DNA of 64,000 bases from the NCBI GenBank assembly GCA_903885665.1, contig CAISJL010000117.1, positions 78,607 to 142,606 on the forward strand, written 5' to 3'. Source of the DNA: an uncultured beta proteobacterium. GTDB taxonomy: Bacteria; Pseudomonadota; Gammaproteobacteria; Burkholderiales; SG8-41. The translations under genes were made by a program, and so were the position numbers. The notes under the pieces are model-generated. The model was not told where the DNA came from, made no database searches, and saw only the letters and a program-made list of their open reading frames with translations. Shown piece after piece: positions 40,429 through 50,932 of the stretch (position 1 is its first letter; each line of letters begins with the position of its first letter).

Positions 40429-41333
40429 TGCTCTCTCCTAGTCTCTCCCCCCCGTTTTACGCCCGTTTGCGGCAGTTTTATGCACTGACTAAGCCGCGTG
40501 TGGTCTCCTTGATTGTATTTACAGCGGTTATTGGTATGTTCCTGGCGACACCAGGGATGGTGCCCTTGTCAGTTTTATTAGCGGGCACTATAGGGATCGC
40601 TTTGGTGGCAGGTGCTGCTGCTGCTATGAACTGTTTGGTTGAGCAAAAAATTGATGCCTTAATGGCCAGGACTAAGGCGCGCCCACTACCGCAAGGCCAA
40701 ATTAGCAGTCTGGAAACATTGATTTTTGCGGGTATTGTTGGTGGGATCGGTTTGGGCTTGTTGCTGCATTGGGTGAATGCCTTAACGATGTGGATGACTT
40801 TGGCCACCTTTGTTGGCTATGCAGTGATTTATACCGTGATCTTAAAACCGATGACGCCGCAAAATATTGTGATTGGCGGTGCTTCTGGGGCAATGCCGCC
40901 TGTGTTGGGTTGGGCTGCGGTGACAGGCGATGTCTCGGCACAGGCCTTAACTTTATTTTTGATTATCTTTGCTTGGACCCCGCCCCACTTTTGGGCTTTG
41001 GCGCTTTATCGCAAAGATGAATATGCTAAGGCTGGTGTGCCGATGTTGCCCGTCACTCACGGCGACCGTTATACCCAAATACAAGTCTTGCTCTATACCT
41101 TGATTTTGTTGGCGTGTTCAACGCTACCTTTTGTGACGCGACTCAGCGGTTTGGTGTACTTGGTTTCGGCTTTGATATTAGGTGCCATTTTCTTAGTCTA
41201 TGCGGTCAAAATTAATACTAACTATAGTGACGCTCTTGCGCGTCGCACGTTCCGCTATTCGATTTGGTATCTGACTTGGATTTTTGCCGCATTATTAACC
41301 GATCATTATTTACAGCCTTATCTACCGGGATAG
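40428..41333 (+). CDS. cyoE: protoheme IX farnesyltransferase (heme O synthase)
   Basis: 301 aa UbiA-type prenyltransferase with [28 protein letters not shown] and GVPMLPV. Confidence 0.95.
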   Translation: MLSPSLSPPFYARLRQFYALTKPRVVSLIVFTAVIGMFLATPGMVPLSVLLAGTIGIALVAGAAAAMNCLVEQKIDALMARTKARPLPQGQISSLETLIFAGIVGGIGLGLLLHWVNALTMWMTLATFVGYAVIYTVILKPMTPQNIVIGGASGAMPPVLGWAAVTGDVSAQALTLFLIIFAWTPPHFWALALYRKDEYAKAGVPMLPVTHGDRYTQIQVLLYTLILLACSTLPFVTRLSGLVYLVSALILGAIFLVYAVKINTNYSDALARRTFRYSIWYLTWIFAALLTDHYLQPYLPG

Positions 41334-41336
41334 CAC

Positions 41337-41939
41337 ATGCGCATTCAACGCAGGTGCTGTAGTATGGTTTTGTTGTGTTGCTGCTTATTAATTGGCTGTA
41401 GCCCTGCTCCGGAGAAACTGTCTTTTAAATTGACGGATATTACTGGGGCTAGTTTTGGTCAGGATTTTCGGCTCATCGACCATGATGGGCAACCTCGCAG
41501 CTTGGCGGATTTTCGGAAAAAGGCAGTGGTGGTTTTTTTTGGTTACACCCATTGCCCTGATGTATGCCCAACGACCTTAGGCGAAATGGCAGTTGTGATG
41601 CAGGATTTGGGTGGGGCTGCACAGCAGGTTCAGGTGTTATTTGTGACGGTTGATCCAGAGCGAGATACGCCTGCAGTGCTCAAACAGTATGTGCCAGCAT
41701 TTCACCCCTCGTTTTTAGGACTTACGGGATCTGCCGAGGAGATCGCCAAGACTGCCAAAGATTTCAAAGTGTATTTTCATAGACAGAATCTAGGCGATGG
41801 CGCTTACAACATGGACCATACTGCGGGGACTTATATTTTCGACCCCCAAGGTCGTATTCGTTTGTTTGCGCAATATGGTGCTGGGGCGAGCAATCTCAGC
41901 CATGATTTGAAGTTATTGTTAAATCTGCCAACCCCATAA
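41337..41939 (+). CDS. SCO family copper chaperone (SenC/PrrC)
   Basis: 200 aa with a lipoprotein-like signal (LLIGCS), FGYTHCPDVCP and DHTAGTYIFDPQG. Confidence 0.93.
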   Translation: MRIQRRCCSMVLLCCCLLIGCSPAPEKLSFKLTDITGASFGQDFRLIDHDGQPRSLADFRKKAVVVFFGYTHCPDVCPTTLGEMAVVMQDLGGAAQQVQVLFVTVDPERDTPAVLKQYVPAFHPSFLGLTGSAEEIAKTAKDFKVYFHRQNLGDGAYNMDHTAGTYIFDPQGRIRLFAQYGAGASNLSHDLKLLLNLPTP

Positions 41940-41975
41940 TTTTTGTTCGGCATTCAATGTCCCTTCAGATTCAAT

Positions 41976-42003
41976 AAAAAGCCCCGCGGTGAAGCGGGGC
42001 TTG
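41976..42003 (-). terminator. rho-independent terminator of rpoH (possibly bidirectional)
   Basis: On the minus strand it reads AGCCCCGC-TTCACC-GCGGGGCT followed by TTTTTATT, about 40 nt after the rpoH stop. On the plus strand the T-tract is weak. Confidence 0.8.
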
Positions 42004-42043
42004 GTGAATCGGCATATCTGAAGAGGGATTTGAAGTGCAAACC

Positions 42044-42895
42044 TTAATGGGTGGCGCCCATGACCGACTTCATTTTATTGAGCGCTTTGACTTCAATTTG
42101 GCGAATACGCTCAGCGGAGACGCCAAACTCAGTGGCTAAGTCATGCAGTGTTAAGGGATTTTTTTCGGTTAACCAACGTGCTTCAATAATGCGTCTGCTA
42201 CGATCATCTAGATTAGCCAGGGCATTGCTTAATCCATCAACGCGTAGTGTTGCATCTTGCTCAGCCTCAAGCAGGGCTGCAGGTTCTGCGTTCTCAGCGG
42301 TTAAATAACTGATTGGTGAAAAGTTATCTTGATCATCGTCGATAACAGGGTCTAGCGCCGCATCTTGATTGAGCATACGGGCTTCCATTTCCACAACCTC
42401 TTCGGGCTTCACCCCAAGGTCTTTAGCGATCTCGCGAACTTCATCAGGGCCTAAGGTGGCTGTACTGTGGCGCATGCTACGTAAATTGAAGAATAGTTTG
42501 CGTTGTGCTTTGGTGGTGGCAATTTTAACCAAGCGCCAGTTGCGAAGGACAAACTCATGAATTTCCGCGCGAATCCAGTGCATAGCAAATGACACTAAGC
42601 GCACACCGCGCTCTGGATCAAAACGCTTTACGGCTTTCATCAAGCCAATATTACCTTCTTGAATGAGGTCGGCTTGGGGCAGGCCGTAGCCAACATAGCC
42701 GCGAGCAATCGACACCACTAAGCGTAGGTGCGAGAGTACGAGTTGACGGGCAGCTTCAAGATCGCCGTGATCGCGTAGTCGACGACCGTATTCGGTTTCT
42801 TGCTCTTGCGTCAGTAAGGGAATGCGGTTGACTGCCTGAATGTAGTTCACCAGACTGCCAGAAGCCGAAGGCATTGGTAATGTGATGGTATTCAT
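42044..42895 (-). CDS. rpoH: RNA polymerase sigma-32 (heat shock)
   Basis: Sigma-70 regions 2-4 plus the RpoH box QRKLFFNLR. Start moved to ATG 42895, because the track's first codons (ATG AAG GAG ACC ACT) form a perfect AAGGAG Shine-Dalgarno 6 nt upstream of it. Confidence 0.95.
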   Translation of the reverse strand: MNTITLPMPSASGSLVNYIQAVNRIPLLTQEQETEYGRRLRDHGDLEAARQLVLSHLRLVVSIARGYVGYGLPQADLIQEGNIGLMKAVKRFDPERGVRLVSFAMHWIRAEIHEFVLRNWRLVKIATTKAQRKLFFNLRSMRHSTATLGPDEVREIAKDLGVKPEEVVEMEARMLNQDAALDPVIDDDQDNFSPISYLTAENAEPAALLEAEQDATLRVDGLSNALANLDDRSRRIIEARWLTEKNPLTLHDLATEFGVSAERIRQIEVKALNKMKSVMGATH

Positions 42896-42950
42896 AGTGG
42901 TCTCCTTCATGAAATGCTAGTTTAGCACTCTGCACAATAGAGTGCCAATA

Positions 42951-42979
42951 ATTTTAGTGATATGCAATAGCTCTTTAAA
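42951..42979 (-). promoter_or_regulatory. candidate rpoH promoter (TTTAAA, 17 nt, TAAAAT on minus strand)
   Basis: Hexamers read directly on the minus strand. The predicted start site falls just before the 42945..42925 hairpin. Confidence 0.3.
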
Positions 42980-43007
42980 AAATCAATAAAATCAGAAGCT
43001 TATGAAA

Positions 43008-43910
43008 TTATTTGGTGTTCCATAAATGGCGCGCCACGGATAGGTATGCACCCAATCCGCCAAGAATTGCGGCAGCGCATAGTAAACCAAGGCCCCACTC
43101 TAGGGGTAGTGGCGGTATGCTCAGAGGAATGTCGTAGAGCGCTGAGAGTTGCACGAGTTCGGTGTTGAGCACGATCAGGGTCGCGCTAACTAGGCCCCAA
43201 GCAATGCCTCCGCCAATCAGGCCTAATACGTAACCGAAGTAGAGGAAGGGTCGGCGGATGAAGGTATTGGTGGCGCCGAGCAGGCCCTGGACATCAATTT
43301 CATCGCGATGATTCATGCATTGCAATTGAATGCTTTGGAAAACAATGGCTAGAACGGTAATTGATAGGGCGCCTGCCAATAGACCGAGTGCGCTACGTCC
43401 TAGGCGTAGCAGGCTATCGAGGCGTCTAGCCCATTCGGTATCCACTTGAACGGTCGAAACTTTCGGCCAAGCAAGTAGCTCTGTACGTAATGCATCGAGT
43501 GTCGCTGCGCTATGGTCAATAGTGGAAATAATGAAGGCATCGGGCAGCGGGTTTTGGGTTAGGCCTGCCATAATATCTGCCCATCCGGTGCGTGCCTTCA
43601 TCGCTTCTAGTGCTTGGGCGCGTGGGATAGTGCGGTAGCTACTGACGCCAGCATGGGTTTGTAGGCGCTGTTCGATTTGTTTGAATTGCGTGGCGCTCGC
43701 ATCTTGTGCCATGAACAGATTGATCTGTGGGTGTGGCGAATAGGTATTGGTGAGCGTTTGTAAATGATGGATGATTAAGCCGCAGGCCAATGGTAATGCC
43801 AGTGTTGTGCCAATCATTAATAAGCTGACTAAGCTCATCAGCGGAGGATGATAGAGTCGATACAGTGCTGTTTTCAGAGCGCGCCAATGGGCGCTTAGGT
43901 AAGTTTTCAT
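43008..43910 (-). CDS. ftsX: cell division ABC transporter permease FtsX
   Basis: 300 aa with an N-terminal TM, a periplasmic domain and 3 C-terminal TM segments. 4-bp overlap with ftsE. Confidence 0.9.
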   Translation of the reverse strand: MKTYLSAHWRALKTALYRLYHPPLMSLVSLLMIGTTLALPLACGLIIHHLQTLTNTYSPHPQINLFMAQDASATQFKQIEQRLQTHAGVSSYRTIPRAQALEAMKARTGWADIMAGLTQNPLPDAFIISTIDHSAATLDALRTELLAWPKVSTVQVDTEWARRLDSLLRLGRSALGLLAGALSITVLAIVFQSIQLQCMNHRDEIDVQGLLGATNTFIRRPFLYFGYVLGLIGGGIAWGLVSATLIVLNTELVQLSALYDIPLSIPPLPLEWGLGLLCAAAILGGLGAYLSVARHLWNTK

Positions 43911-44593
43911 GCCCGCAACTTTCCGTGATTTAGTTCGATCAACCGCGGTTTGAATTGAGTCACGAGCTGACGGTCGTGACTGGCTAGAATCACGGTGGTG
44001 CCGCTGAGGTTGATTTTACGAAATAAAGCGCCAATTGCTTCTGCGTCGTCAGCATCTAAGTTGGTCGTTGGTTCGTCGGCAAACAGTAATATGGGTTGAT
44101 GTACGATTGCGCGCGCAATACGTAAGCGTTGTTGATCACCACCAGATAAAGACATGGGGCTGTGTTCTGTGTATTGGTTAAGGCCTACAGTTTCAAGCAC
44201 GCTTAAAGCTTGGGCTTGCGCGCTTTGCCGATCAATACCAGCAATATCCAGAGGTAATAGCACATGCGCCATCACGCTATGATTAGGTAGTAATTTGACA
44301 TCGTCGAGGATTAACCCGCATTGGCGCCGCAGGTAAGGTAGTTCGCTAGTCGACATGGTGCTGGTATTGTGTCCTGCGACTATCACTGTGCCGGAATACG
44401 GTTGCTCTAGCGCAGCCATTAAGCGCAACAGTGTGCTTTTGCCAGCGCCGGATGAGCCAATCAGACAAATGCGCTCGCCAGCATCAATAGTGAGATTGAT
44501 GTTGTGTAACACTTCTTTACCACCGGGGTAGCGATGGAAAACATTGTTTAGGCTAATTTGATTCATGTGGGGGCGGGGTATCAAATAAGGCAT
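43907..44593 (-). CDS. ftsE: cell division ATP-binding protein FtsE
   Basis: Walker A GSSGAGKST, signature LSGGDQQR and Walker B LLFADEP. ATG 44593 is preceded by GAGGAG at 7 nt. ATG 44566 aligns better with the E. coli N-terminus. Either start overlaps the ftsY 3' end. Confidence 0.92.
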   Translation of the reverse strand: MPYLIPRPHMNQISLNNVFHRYPGGKEVLHNINLTIDAGERICLIGSSGAGKSTLLRLMAALEQPYSGTVIVAGHNTSTMSTSELPYLRRQCGLILDDVKLLPNHSVMAHVLLPLDIAGIDRQSAQAQALSVLETVGLNQYTEHSPMSLSGGDQQRLRIARAIVHQPILLFADEPTTNLDADDAEAIGALFRKINLSGTTVILASHDRQLVTQFKPRLIELNHGKLRA

Positions 44594-45578
44594 TCACAAA
44601 CTCCTCAGCATGAAATGGTCTGAGGTCGTCTAGGGCCTCGCCTACCCCGATAAAGCGTACCGGTATTGGGGTAGTCGTCGCGCGTTGATAAGCAATGGCA
44701 GCAATAATGCCACCTTTGGCCGTGCCGTCGAGTTTGGTGATGATTAAACCGCTGACCGCGAGTGCCTTGTCAAAGGCGGCGACTTGGGCGAGCGCATTTT
44801 GACCGGTGTTGGCATCAAGTACTAATAGCACTTCGTGGGGTGCATCTGGGATAGCTTTGGTGATGACGCGTTTAATTTTGCGAATCTCGTCCATTAAGTG
44901 TAGCTGTGTTGGTAAGCGGCCTGCAGTATCCGCAATGATCACATCGATTTTGCGTGCCTGGGCAGCTTGAATAGCGTCAAAAATAACCGCAGCAGAGTCC
45001 CCTGAGGCTTGGCTAATAACGGTGACTTGGTTACGCTCACCCCATGTGATGAGTTGTTCGCGGGCGGCGGCACGAAAGGTGTCGCCCGCAGCCAAGATCA
45101 CTGACTTGCCTTGACTTTGGAAGTAATGGGCAAGTTTGCCAATGGAGGTCGTTTTGCCGGCGCCATTGACGCCGGCTAGTAAAATTACAAAAGGTTTGTG
45201 ACCGCTGATATCTAAAGCGACCGACACGCTTTGTAACATTCGCGCTAGGCTATCGCGTAGAGCGTTATGTAATTGTGCAGCATCGGTGTAGCGCTCTTTG
45301 CGAGCGCGTTCGCGCAACTCGAACATCAGATGCATAGTGGCATTCACCCCAACATCTGCTGTTAACAGCGTGGTTTCAAGTTCTTCATAAAATGCGTCAT
45401 CTATGAGCCGCCCTGGACGAAATACGCTATTCAGGTGGTGGGCGAATTGGTCGCGGGTTTTGCTCAGGCCCTGTCGTAGGCGCGAGAGCCAACCGGTGCT
45501 CGGTTGTGGGCTGGTGGTCGGTTTGCGAGAGCCAAACATGCGAGTGAGATTCTTTGGGGTGGCGTCAGCAGAAGGCAT
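44553..45578 (-). CDS. ftsY: signal recognition particle receptor FtsY
   Basis: 341 aa with an NG domain (GVNGAGKTT, DTAGR, TKLDG) and a short basic N-terminal region. Confidence 0.96.
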   Translation of the reverse strand: MPSADATPKNLTRMFGSRKPTTSPQPSTGWLSRLRQGLSKTRDQFAHHLNSVFRPGRLIDDAFYEELETTLLTADVGVNATMHLMFELRERARKERYTDAAQLHNALRDSLARMLQSVSVALDISGHKPFVILLAGVNGAGKTTSIGKLAHYFQSQGKSVILAAGDTFRAAAREQLITWGERNQVTVISQASGDSAAVIFDAIQAAQARKIDVIIADTAGRLPTQLHLMDEIRKIKRVITKAIPDAPHEVLLVLDANTGQNALAQVAAFDKALAVSGLIITKLDGTAKGGIIAAIAYQRATTTPIPVRFIGVGEALDDLRPFHAEEFVNALFDTPPPHESN

Positions 45579-45841
45579 CGAGATGATGACAGTTCATTTT
45601 CAAGGTATATTTTAACAGGGGGCGATCCACTTGGGGGCGCTAGTCGTGGTGAGTTTTGGTTTGCCATTTTGGTTTGCGATTCTGAGTGTTTCTGGATATG
45701 TTTGGATATAAGAGGGTAGAGCGCAGCTTAGCGTTTTCTGTCACACTCTAGGCGCGTGAATTGTGAAGATTTGAATATCTGCCGATGTGCGGCATGGAGT
45801 GCAATTTGTTTGCTTGTATCACTGAGGTGAAAGTTAAATTT

Positions 45842-47239
45842 ATGTTTAATATCAATAAGTTATTTTTTATTTGTAGTTTAAGTTTAGGACTTGTTTGCAG
45901 TCTAGATGGCGGTGCTGCAACGCTTGAGTCTGCGGTTGTCGAGCAGCAGTTAGCCAATGGTTTGCGAGTGCTCGTCAAACCGGATCGGCGCGCGCCTGTG
46001 GTGGTGAGCATGGTGTGGTACCGGGTCGGCAGTATTGATGAGCATAATGGTCAGACCGGCGTTGCGCATATGCTAGAGCACATGATGTTCAAAGGCACAC
46101 GTAAGCTTGGTGTCGGAGAGTTCTCAAAGCGCATTGCTGCCGCAGGTGGACGTGAGAATGCGTTCACTAGTAATGATTACACTGGTTATTTTCAGACTTT
46201 ACATAAGTCAGCATTGCCATTGGCGTTTGAATTAGAAGCGGACCGTATGGCGAATTTAATGATGAACCCGGCTGAGTTTGATAAAGAAATCAAAGTCGTC
46301 ATGGAGGAACGGCGCTGGCGCACCGATGATAAACCCTTGGCGCTGGTGCGCGAGCGATTGATGGCGACCGCTCTGATTGCCCACCCCGCTCGCAACCCAG
46401 TGGTCGGGTGGATGAATGATTTAGAGAACATGCGGCTAGAGGATGCGCAAGCGTTCTACAACACATGGTATGCACCTAACAATGCCACCATTGTAGTGGT
46501 TGGCGATGTTGAGCCAGCGGCTGTCTTTGCCCTCGCGCAGCAACATTTTGGTACGATTGCGAGTAAGTCTTTGCCTGTGCGTAAGCCGCAACTCGAGCCA
46601 CCGGCTTTGGGCATGAATCAAATTCGAGTGCAAGCGCCAGCCGAGTTACCTTATGTGTTAATGGCTTATCGCGCGCCGCGTCTGCAAAATTCCCAAAATG
46701 ACTCAGAGTATTACGCGCTAGAGATGCTCGAGGGTATCTTGAGCGGTCATGAGGCGGCGCGTCTGCCACAACGTATGGTGAAGACGGATCAAATTGCTAA
46801 TTCGGCGGGCGCTGAGTATGACGGTATTGGTCAAGGTCCGGGCTTTTTTTATTTGAGGGGCACGCCTGGTGCGGGACGAACAGCAGAGCAGGTAGAGCAG
46901 GCGCTGCGACGAGAGGTGAAGCGAGTGGTTGATGAGGGAGTGACTGAAGATGAGTTAAATCGAGTCAAGGCACAGTTAATGGCGGCTCAAGTTTATCAGC
47001 GGGACTCTATGTTTTATCAAGCCCAACAAATTGGTTGGATTGAAATGTCGGGGTTTTCACATTGGGATCTGGATATCTTGATGCAGCAGTTGCAAAAAGT
47101 CACGGTTGATCAAATCCGCGCAGTGGCTAAAAAATATTTGATTGATTCGCAATTAACGGTGGCTTACTTAGAGCCGCAACCGCTAAGCGGCCAGAAAAGA
47201 CCTTCAGCGCCACCCGCAGGAGTGCGTCATGCGAATTAA
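45842..47239 (+). CDS. M16-family zinc peptidase (active subunit, secreted)
   Basis: Inverted zinc motif HMLEHMMFKG (HxxEH). Start at ATG 45842 gives the signal peptide MFNINKLFFICSLSLGLVCS. Confidence 0.88.
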   Translation: MFNINKLFFICSLSLGLVCSLDGGAATLESAVVEQQLANGLRVLVKPDRRAPVVVSMVWYRVGSIDEHNGQTGVAHMLEHMMFKGTRKLGVGEFSKRIAAAGGRENAFTSNDYTGYFQTLHKSALPLAFELEADRMANLMMNPAEFDKEIKVVMEERRWRTDDKPLALVRERLMATALIAHPARNPVVGWMNDLENMRLEDAQAFYNTWYAPNNATIVVVGDVEPAAVFALAQQHFGTIASKSLPVRKPQLEPPALGMNQIRVQAPAELPYVLMAYRAPRLQNSQNDSEYYALEMLEGILSGHEAARLPQRMVKTDQIANSAGAEYDGIGQGPGFFYLRGTPGAGRTAEQVEQALRREVKRVVDEGVTEDELNRVKAQLMAAQVYQRDSMFYQAQQIGWIEMSGFSHWDLDILMQQLQKVTVDQIRAVAKKYLIDSQLTVAYLEPQPLSGQKRPSAPPAGVRHAN

Positions 47240-48575
47240 TCAGTTTATTCAGATGAGTTTGTGTTGGCTGTTATGGTGCGGTATAGGCCTGCAACAGGCT
47301 TGGGCAATTTTGCCAATCTCGCATTGGACAACAACAACGGGCGCTAAGGTGTATTTTGTCGCTAACCCTGGTTTGCCGATGTTGGATGTGGCGGTGGATT
47401 TTCCGGCAGGCAGTGTCTACGACCAAGCGTCTAAGGCGGGTGTGGCAGGGCTGACCCAAGGGCTGTTGCGACTGGGTGTGGATGGTTTATCTGAGGATCA
47501 GATTGCCCAACAGTTCGCCGATGTGGGTGCGCAATTGGGTGGGCGAATTGATGATGATCGTGCAGGTTTGTCCTTGCGGATGTTATCTGAGCCACGTCTA
47601 CGCACAGTCGCCCTGACTTTAATGAGCCGCTTGTTGCGTGCGCCAGATTACCCAGAGTTGGTAGTAGCGCGTGAAAAGGCCCGTTTAATTGATGCGCTAA
47701 AAGAATCGGCGTTAAAGCCGGATACCCAAGTCGGTAAATTATTTTCTCAATTGGTCTACGGCAGTCATCCCTATGCGATTCAGAGTGATGCGGCAAGTGT
47801 GGCGCGGATTACGCGCGCTGATTTGCGTGCATTTCATCAGCAACATTTTGTTGCAGAGCGCGCAATTGTGGCCATCATGGGCGATGTAACGCGAGCCGAA
47901 GCGGAGAGGATTGCTGAGCAGTTGACGCAAGGCTTGCCACGCGCCACAGCGCCAGCGCTAACGCTTCCTGTGGTTGAACGGCTGAATCGTGGTGTAACGC
48001 GGATTGTGGCGCACCCGGCTTTGCAAAGTCATATTTTGATTGGGGGCCCAGGGATTGCACGTGCTGATCCTGATTATTTTGCCTTGTTTGTCGGTAACCA
48101 TATTTTAGGTGGTGGCGGGTTTGTTTCGCGCATTACTGAGGCAGTAAGACAGCAGCGTGGCTTAGCCTATTCTGCTTATAGTTATTTTGCGCCTCAGCGC
48201 TGGGGCGGTATGTTTGTGATTGGAATGCAGACGCGTCGTGATCAAGCCAATGAGGCCTTGAGTGTCACGCGCCAAGTTTTGGCTGAGTATGTGGCGCAAG
48301 GTCCGACTGCAGCTGAGTTAGAAGCAGCCAAACAAAATATTGTGGGTGGATTTCCTCTGCGTATTGATAGTAACCGTAAGATAATCGAGTATTTGTCGGC
48401 GATTGGATTCTATCAGCTGCCTCTGACCTATTTAGATGATTTCGTCATGCGTGTTGAGCAAGTGAGTGCGGCGGATATTCGCGCTGCATTCGCGCGTCGC
48501 GTTGACCCCGCCAAGATGGTGACCGTTGTGGTTGGTGCCGATCGTGATGAAACGCAAACGGAGTCTAAGCCATAG
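47229..48575 (+). CDS. M16-family peptidase, non-catalytic partner subunit
   Basis: 448 aa with a signal peptide and the M16 fold but no HxxEH motif. Overlaps the upstream M16 gene by 11 nt. Confidence 0.82.
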   Translation: MRINQFIQMSLCWLLWCGIGLQQAWAILPISHWTTTTGAKVYFVANPGLPMLDVAVDFPAGSVYDQASKAGVAGLTQGLLRLGVDGLSEDQIAQQFADVGAQLGGRIDDDRAGLSLRMLSEPRLRTVALTLMSRLLRAPDYPELVVAREKARLIDALKESALKPDTQVGKLFSQLVYGSHPYAIQSDAASVARITRADLRAFHQQHFVAERAIVAIMGDVTRAEAERIAEQLTQGLPRATAPALTLPVVERLNRGVTRIVAHPALQSHILIGGPGIARADPDYFALFVGNHILGGGGFVSRITEAVRQQRGLAYSAYSYFAPQRWGGMFVIGMQTRRDQANEALSVTRQVLAEYVAQGPTAAELEAAKQNIVGGFPLRIDSNRKIIEYLSAIGFYQLPLTYLDDFVMRVEQVSAADIRAAFARRVDPAKMVTVVVGADRDETQTESKP

Positions 48576-48601
48576 CACGCGCGCATGCTACCCGCGGCAC
48601 A

Positions 48602-49126
48602 TTGCGCATTATTGGCGGTGCTAAGCGCCGACGCTTGATTCGCTTTCCCGAGGTCGAGGGCTTGCGTCCGACGCCTGACCGAGTGCGTGAGACAGTTTTT
48701 AATTGGCTAGGTCAAGACCTCACTGATTGCGCATGTTTAGATTTGTATGCCGGCAGTGGCGCCTTGGGTTTTGAGGCGGCTTCTCGCGGGGCGCAGCAGG
48801 TGGTGATGGTGGAGCGCGATGCCAATGCGGCTCAAGCCTTAGTTGCTAATGCAGCTTTGCTGGAGATGCAAGCAGTTACAGTGCAGCGGGTTGATGCCCT
48901 AGAATTTTTACGGCACCCTCGTATGCGATTTGATGTAATATTTTTGGATCCACCGTTTGCTGAGGATCATTGGCAGCAGTTATTTGAGCAATTGCCTCTG
49001 CATTTGAATGTGCAAGGTTTGGTGTATTGCGAGCGGCGGTTGCCCTTAGTGAATGTGCCAGGCTGGGAAATCGTGAAAAGTGGCCGGGCTGGACAAGTGC
49101 ATTTTTATCTATTTAAACAGTTGTAA
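48602..49126 (+). CDS. rsmD: 16S rRNA (guanine966-N2)-methyltransferase
   Basis: RIIGG, TPDRVRETVFNWL, DLYAGSGALGFEA and FLDPPF. The only in-frame start after the upstream stop is TTG 48602. Confidence 0.9.
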   Translation: MRIIGGAKRRRLIRFPEVEGLRPTPDRVRETVFNWLGQDLTDCACLDLYAGSGALGFEAASRGAQQVVMVERDANAAQALVANAALLEMQAVTVQRVDALEFLRHPRMRFDVIFLDPPFAEDHWQQLFEQLPLHLNVQGLVYCERRLPLVNVPGWEIVKSGRAGQVHFYLFKQL

Positions 49127-49176
49127 ATGCTTGAGTATTTACTAATATACGGATCACAATGAATGAAGATTAAATT

Positions 49177-49925
<749 letters not shown>

Positions 49926-49962
49926 TCGAGCGCAATGGGCTTGTACAATCAATATACTTAAT

Positions 49963-50027
49963 CAGCTTGCACATACAGCTTGTACACTCAGTTTGCCCAG
50001 TCAGCTTACTTAATCATTCAGCCTAAT
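49963..50027. repeat. 4-5 tandem degenerate 13-bp units
   Basis: CAGCTTGCACATA / CAGCTTGTACACT / CAGTTTGCCCAGT / CAGCTTACTTAAT / CATTCAGCCTAAT, read directly in the yfhL/mutM convergent spacer. Confidence 0.8.
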
Positions 50028-50069
50028 CTTGTGCTGTAGTGATTAAGAGTCTTCGATTTTTACTATCCG

Positions 50070-50888
50070 TTAGCGGCGCTGACAGCCCGGACAAAAATAA
50101 GTAGCGCGTTGGCCTTGGCGGATTTCGCGAATATTGGCGCCACAGCGGCTACAAATATGATCGAGACGATCGTAGACTAAAAATTGATTCTGAAACACCC
50201 CCGCCTGACCATCGCTGCCCACGTAATCACGTAGGCTGCTACCTCCTGCGCTAATAGCCAGGGCGAGGGTTTCTTTAATGGCGATGACGAGCGATTCGCA
50301 ACGCTTTAGACTTAAGCGATAAGCTGCTAGTCTAGGGTCTATATGCGCTCGATATAAGGCTTCGTTAGCGTAAATATTACCTACACCTGCCACGACATGA
50401 CTGTCCATAATCACTAATTTAATAGCGGCACTGCGTTGGCGTGTCGCAGCATAGAGGACTGCGGCATTGAAGTCATCGGTTAAGGGTTCAGGGCCGATAC
50501 GAGCAATTAACGGATGGGTGTTGATGTCGCCCCCGTGCCACAATACCAAACCAAACCGTCGCGGGTCGCGCAGTCGGACAATCGGGCCTAGACTGAATTC
50601 AAGATCAAAGTGATCGTGTTTTTGTGGTGGGATTTGTGCGTTGACTAGCCATAGTCGACCAGACATGCCCAAGTGGATAATGAGCGTGCCTGTGCCAATT
50701 TGAAATAATAGATACTTACCCCGGCGCGAGAGTGCATCAACCCGCTTACCCTGCAAGCGTTGTTCTAAGCCGCGAGGTATGGGTTGGCGCATGCCGCGAT
50801 GTCGTACTACAGCACGGGTGATTTGTTGGGCCACAACTGTGGGGGCTAGACCACGACAAGTGGTTTCAACTTCGGGTAATTCAGGCAT
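50070..50888 (-). CDS. mutM: formamidopyrimidine-DNA glycosylase
   Basis: 272 aa with the N-terminal PELPEVE and a C-terminal zinc finger CSRCGANI...YFCPGCQ. Confidence 0.96.
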   Translation of the reverse strand: MPELPEVETTCRGLAPTVVAQQITRAVVRHRGMRQPIPRGLEQRLQGKRVDALSRRGKYLLFQIGTGTLIIHLGMSGRLWLVNAQIPPQKHDHFDLEFSLGPIVRLRDPRRFGLVLWHGGDINTHPLIARIGPEPLTDDFNAAVLYAATRQRSAAIKLVIMDSHVVAGVGNIYANEALYRAHIDPRLAAYRLSLKRCESLVIAIKETLALAISAGGSSLRDYVGSDGQAGVFQNQFLVYDRLDHICSRCGANIREIRQGQRATYFCPGCQRR

Positions 50889-50932
50889 GAGTGAGTGCGC
50901 AGCTTGTGAATGGTCAGTTTAAGTATTATGAG

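Noticed and set aside
45579-45841. Possible small RNA or small ORFs in the ftsY/M16 peptidase divergent spacer
   Set aside because: I found no convincing promoter-terminator pair, stable hairpin or SD-preceded ORF. The overlapping track ORFs (45403-45719, both strands) are low-complexity. The spacer is most simply a divergent promoter region.
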